Source: a virus (taxonomy: Duplodnaviria > Caudoviricetes). From it: DNA of 28,885 nucleotides. The first letter of the stretch is position 1. Each line of letters opens with the position of its first letter. The stretch spans positions 1-28,885 of the IMG/VR virus record IMGVR_UViG_3300031603_000020; one strand, 5' to 3'. Shown one piece after another: positions 27,640 through 28,885 of this stretch. The position numbers and the translations under genes were made by a program. The notes under the pieces were generated by a model, which had not been told where the DNA came from, ran no database searches, and saw only the letters and a list, made by a program, of their open reading frames with translations.

Positions 27640-28280
27640 TGGCAGTAATATTAAGACAAAGACGTGACACAGCAGCTAACTGGACCACTAACAATCCGGT
27701 TATTCCAGATGGACAGCTATGCTTCGACGAGACAAACAACACATTCAGGATAGGAAATGGGGCATCTAACTACGCCGATCTATCAATCCAGTCTGGGGTA
27801 GCGGGAGGTGGCTTATCAAACACAGTAGATGACACCACCCCACAATTAGGCGGTGACCTGGATTTGAATGGACACGCAATAACAGGAATTACAACAGGAG
27901 CAGACGTATCATACACAGCCCTTGCAGTAGCAGATCTTTCGGACTCAGCAACTCCATCTGTTCTTACAACAGCAGAGACAACAGGAAAGCTTATTTCAAA
28001 TTACAAAACCTCTGGTGCAGACCATGTTTTTACAATGCCAGCAGCACACACAAAGGGTAATGTGATATTCATAATCGGTGACGAATTTCAGATAGACATT
28101 GAGCCAGTTGCAGGGGACTTATTTTATCTCAATGGAACTGCAATGGCAGCAGATGAACATATTGTAAACATCGCCGATACGCTTGGACAACAAATAGTGG
28201 GCATGTGCGCAAATATCAACGGGACACTTAGGTGGATGTTTAAGTCTGATAGTGCTGATTTTGCGGAGGCTACGCCATAA
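27639..28280 (+). CDS. Fibre-associated protein with an Mtd/hyaluronidase N-terminal-like domain (213 aa)
   Basis: ILRQRRDTAANWTTNNPVIPDGQLCFDETNNTFRIGNG..YADL; second DTTPQLGGDLDLNG; TAATG coupling on both sides. Confidence 0.72.
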   Translation: MAVILRQRRDTAANWTTNNPVIPDGQLCFDETNNTFRIGNGASNYADLSIQSGVAGGGLSNTVDDTTPQLGGDLDLNGHAITGITTGADVSYTALAVADLSDSATPSVLTTAETTGKLISNYKTSGADHVFTMPAAHTKGNVIFIIGDEFQIDIEPVAGDLFYLNGTAMAADEHIVNIADTLGQQIVGMCANINGTLRWMFKSDSADFAEATP

Positions 28281-28885
28281 TGACTAATTTAGCGGTTTTA
28301 GGATTATTAGGGCTTAGTGGAGGGGTGAGTGGACCGTCTTTATGGACATTTGGACGTAACAACTATGGTCAATTAGGCCAAGGTGATATAGTTTATTTAT
28401 CAAGTCCGGTTCAGGTTGGCTCTTTAACAGATTGGAGTTCTATAAGTTGTGGCGAATACCACACGACAGGAATTAAAACAGATGGGACTTTATGGACATT
28501 TGGATATAACGACTTTGGTGGATTAGGCCAAGGTGATCTAGTTAATTTATCAAGTCCAGTTCAAGTTGGATCATTAACAGATTGGAGTTCTATAAGTTGT
28601 GGCCTATATCACACAACAGGAATTAAAACAGATGGGTCTTTATGGACATTTGGACGTAACTACTATGGTGAATTAGGTCAAGGAGATGTAGTTAATTTAT
28701 CAAGTCCAGTTCAAGTAGGATCATTAACAGATTGGAGTTCTATAAGTTGTGGCTCATATCACACAACAGGAATTAAAACAGATGGGACTTTATGGACATT
28801 TGGAAGTAACTACTATGGTGGATTAGGCCAAGGTGATACAGTTAATTTATCGAGTCCAGTTCAAGTAGGATCCTTAACAGATTGG
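28280..28885 (+). CDS. RCC1/BLIP-II-like beta-propeller repeat protein (3' truncated; not in the ORF track)
   Basis: ATG 28280, 202 open codons to the window end; repeats of (S/T)LWTFGxNxxGxLGQGD..LSSPVQVGSLTDWSSISCGxYHTTGIKTDG. Confidence 0.9.
   Translation, partial: MTNLAVLGLLGLSGGVSGPSLWTFGRNNYGQLGQGDIVYLSSPVQVGSLTDWSSISCGEYHTTGIKTDGTLWTFGYNDFGGLGQGDLVNLSSPVQVGSLTDWSSISCGLYHTTGIKTDGSLWTFGRNYYGELGQGDVVNLSSPVQVGSLTDWSSISCGSYHTTGIKTDGTLWTFGSNYYGGLGQGDTVNLSSPVQVGSLTDW
28337..28885 (+). repeat. 150-bp tandem repeat array (3 full units plus 1 partial)
   Basis: Units start at 28337, 28487, 28637 and 28787; manual count of 17/150 differences (unit 1 vs 2) and 12/150 (unit 2 vs 3). Confidence 0.95.

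Noticed and set aside
811-27742. All minus-strand ORFs, and the nested plus-strand ORF 3116..3358
   Set aside because: They are shadows of well-supported plus-strand genes, lack recognisable motifs, and the genome is unidirectional here.
28337-28885. CRISPR array or diversity-generating retroelement
   Set aside because: Units are contiguous in-frame 150-bp coding repeats without spacers. No reverse transcriptase or template repeat is in the window, many adenines (including an AAC codon) are invariant, and some changes are C/T. A DGR outside the window cannot be excluded.

Overview
A 28.9 kb, entirely plus-strand slice of a lytic T7-like podovirus genome (Autographiviridae-type structural module). 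The replication and nucleotide-metabolism block (1-7720) holds a family A DNA polymerase cut by the window start, an SSB-like protein, 5'-3' exonuclease, endonuclease VII, metallophosphoesterase, dUTPase, class II ribonucleotide reductase and a gp1.7-like protein. An AT-rich intergenic region with a candidate phage-RNAP promoter follows. The late block holds portal, scaffold, major capsid, tail tubular A/B, three internal virion proteins, a beta-helix tailspike, holin and small terminase. Main observations: (1) the major capsid gene is split by a complete 783-nt group I intron (11599-12381) carrying an HNH homing endonuclease, and the ORF track missed exon 1; (2) small terminase is followed not by large terminase but by a compositionally distinct cassette of two fibre/adaptor-like genes and an RCC1/BLIP-II-like repeat gene, whose ~90% identical 150-bp repeats vary mainly at a few putative binding-face codons; (3) tail tubular B appears to start at ATC and carries an acidic/aromatic repeat segment. 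All calls come from reading motifs and synteny; no database searches were run.
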